DNA from: Phyllobates terribilis | Taxonomy: Eukaryota | Assembly: GCF_046119375.1 (NCBI RefSeq) | Contig: NW_027362768.1 | Span: 328,042,001-328,106,000 of the forward strand | Reading direction: 5' to 3' | DNA length: 64,000 nucleotides | Part shown: piece by piece, positions 62,920-64,000 of the stretch | Layout: every line of letters starts with the position of its first letter | Numbering within the stretch: position 1 is the stretch's first letter | The notes under the pieces: generated by a model | What the model saw: the letters and a program-made list of their open reading frames with translations, nothing else | The model's database searches: none | Told to the model about the DNA's origin: nothing | Program-made: the position numbers and the translations under genes

Positions 62920-63250
62920 GCCCTGGACCATCAGAGGGGCCCACTTGCTGTTGGGGCTCGTGCCGCTCCCCCTGCTTGATTGCTGGCACTGCTTGATTGC
63001 TGGCACTTCACCAGACATGGCCGAGCGCAATGCGGCTGTGTCTGCTAGTAATGACACGGCAGGGTCGGCACTGCGCTTTTAATTTTGCTTGTGTGTCGCC
63101 CTGTCTCGTCATTGCTAGCAGACACAGCCGCACAGCGCACTGCACGCGACCATGTCTGAAGTGCCAGCAATCAAACACCACCAGAGGTCCTGCACAGATG
63201 CGGAGGGAGCAGCCAGGGACCCGACAGCGAATGGGCCTCCCTGATGGTCC
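62920..63250. repeat. GC-rich inverted repeat (MITE interior)
   Basis: TGGACCATCAG/CTGATGGTCCA, TTGATTGCTGGCACTTCA/TGAAGTGCCAGCAATCAA and GCGGCTGTGTCTGCTAG/CTAGCAGACACAGCCGC. Confidence 0.7.
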
Positions 63251-63384
63251 AGGGCCCCATGTCTGTGACATGCCGACGGCCCTGCACAGCCACATGGCAG
63301 AGGAGCTGGACTGGACACAGACCGGGGATAGGTGAGTGAGGCTTGTTGCCAGCTTCCCCAATACCCATATTAAAAATATTTCTA

Positions 63385-63598
63385 ATGTGTGTGTGTGTGT
63401 GTGTGTAAGATGTAAATGTCAGTGTGTTCAAATATATACGTATGCCTGTATGTGTGCGTATCTGTGTATGTGTGTATCTGCGTATTGTATGTGTGTGTAT
63501 CTGTGTACCATGTGCATGTGTGTATGTGTCTGCATGTGTGCACATGTCTGCGTACTGTGTGTGTGCATGTCTGCGTAGTGTATATGTGTGTTTATGTC
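63385..63598. repeat. (TG)n-derived low-complexity tract
   Basis: Direct inspection. Confidence 0.9.
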
Positions 63599-64000
63599 TG
63601 TCACGTGCCCCCTGGGCCGTGGGGTACTCGGTAGCCGGGTCGGTCGATGCTGGGGATGTCACGGTGGCAGTGACCCGGTCCGTGACCCAGGGCGGTCAAT
63701 TAAAGGGGAAATGAAGTAAAGGGGAATAAAATTTCTTATATACATAATGTTGGAGACGCCACCTGTAGTATGTGGCTATATGGAGCCACCGCTGCGGTGC
63801 AGATCCTCTGGAGTTGGTGGTGACGCAGCTGAGTTGGTTCAGCTCTCCACAGGTAGAGCTTAGCTCCAGGGCAGGATGTAGTAACACTAAGAGGTAGCTG
63901 TGAATGGTGCAGTGTAATGCAGGTGATGGCGCAGATAATAGTTCTAGGACACAGTGGGGTGCAGTCTTCAGATTTACTCACAGTTGTCAGACTCCAAGTT
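63599..64000 (-). mobile_element. Third copy of the LTR family seen at 46821-49443, running off the window
   Basis: 63599-64000 is the reverse complement of about 49030-49443 (e.g. GGTAGAGCTTAGCTCCAGGGCAG versus CTGCCCTGGAGCTAAGCTCTACC). Confidence 0.8.

Overview
Vertebrate genomic DNA, most likely an anuran frog (inferred from MITE, Tc1 and CR1 content; no database check). It carries the conserved PXK - PDHB - KCTD6 - ACOX2 block. I traced the last coding exon of PXK (+, WH2 domain), all 10 coding exons of PDHB (-, 1083 nt, 360 aa, one GC-AG intron), both coding exons of KCTD6 (+, 237 aa) and all 14 coding exons of ACOX2 (-, 2013 nt, 670 aa, ending in the SKL PTS1). Introns and intergenic DNA are dense with repeats: a young 5'-truncated CR1 LINE with an 854-aa open ORF2, a Tc1 with one nonsense codon, a Frog Prince-like Tc1, Harbinger-, Kolobok/T2-, hAT- and piggyBac-like non-autonomous elements, solo LTRs with clear TSDs, a tRNA-derived SINE and several minisatellites. 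The most interesting signal is upstream of the last PXK exon, presumably intronic: two unrelated fold-back elements (about 2181-2508 and 4030-4460), each with a pair of outward-facing type I hammerhead ribozyme motifs, one per strand. One family has a canonical extended CUGACGA/GAAA core. The other is a minimal variant with the compensatory U3-A8 swap. All ribozyme calls are by-eye folds and activity is untested.
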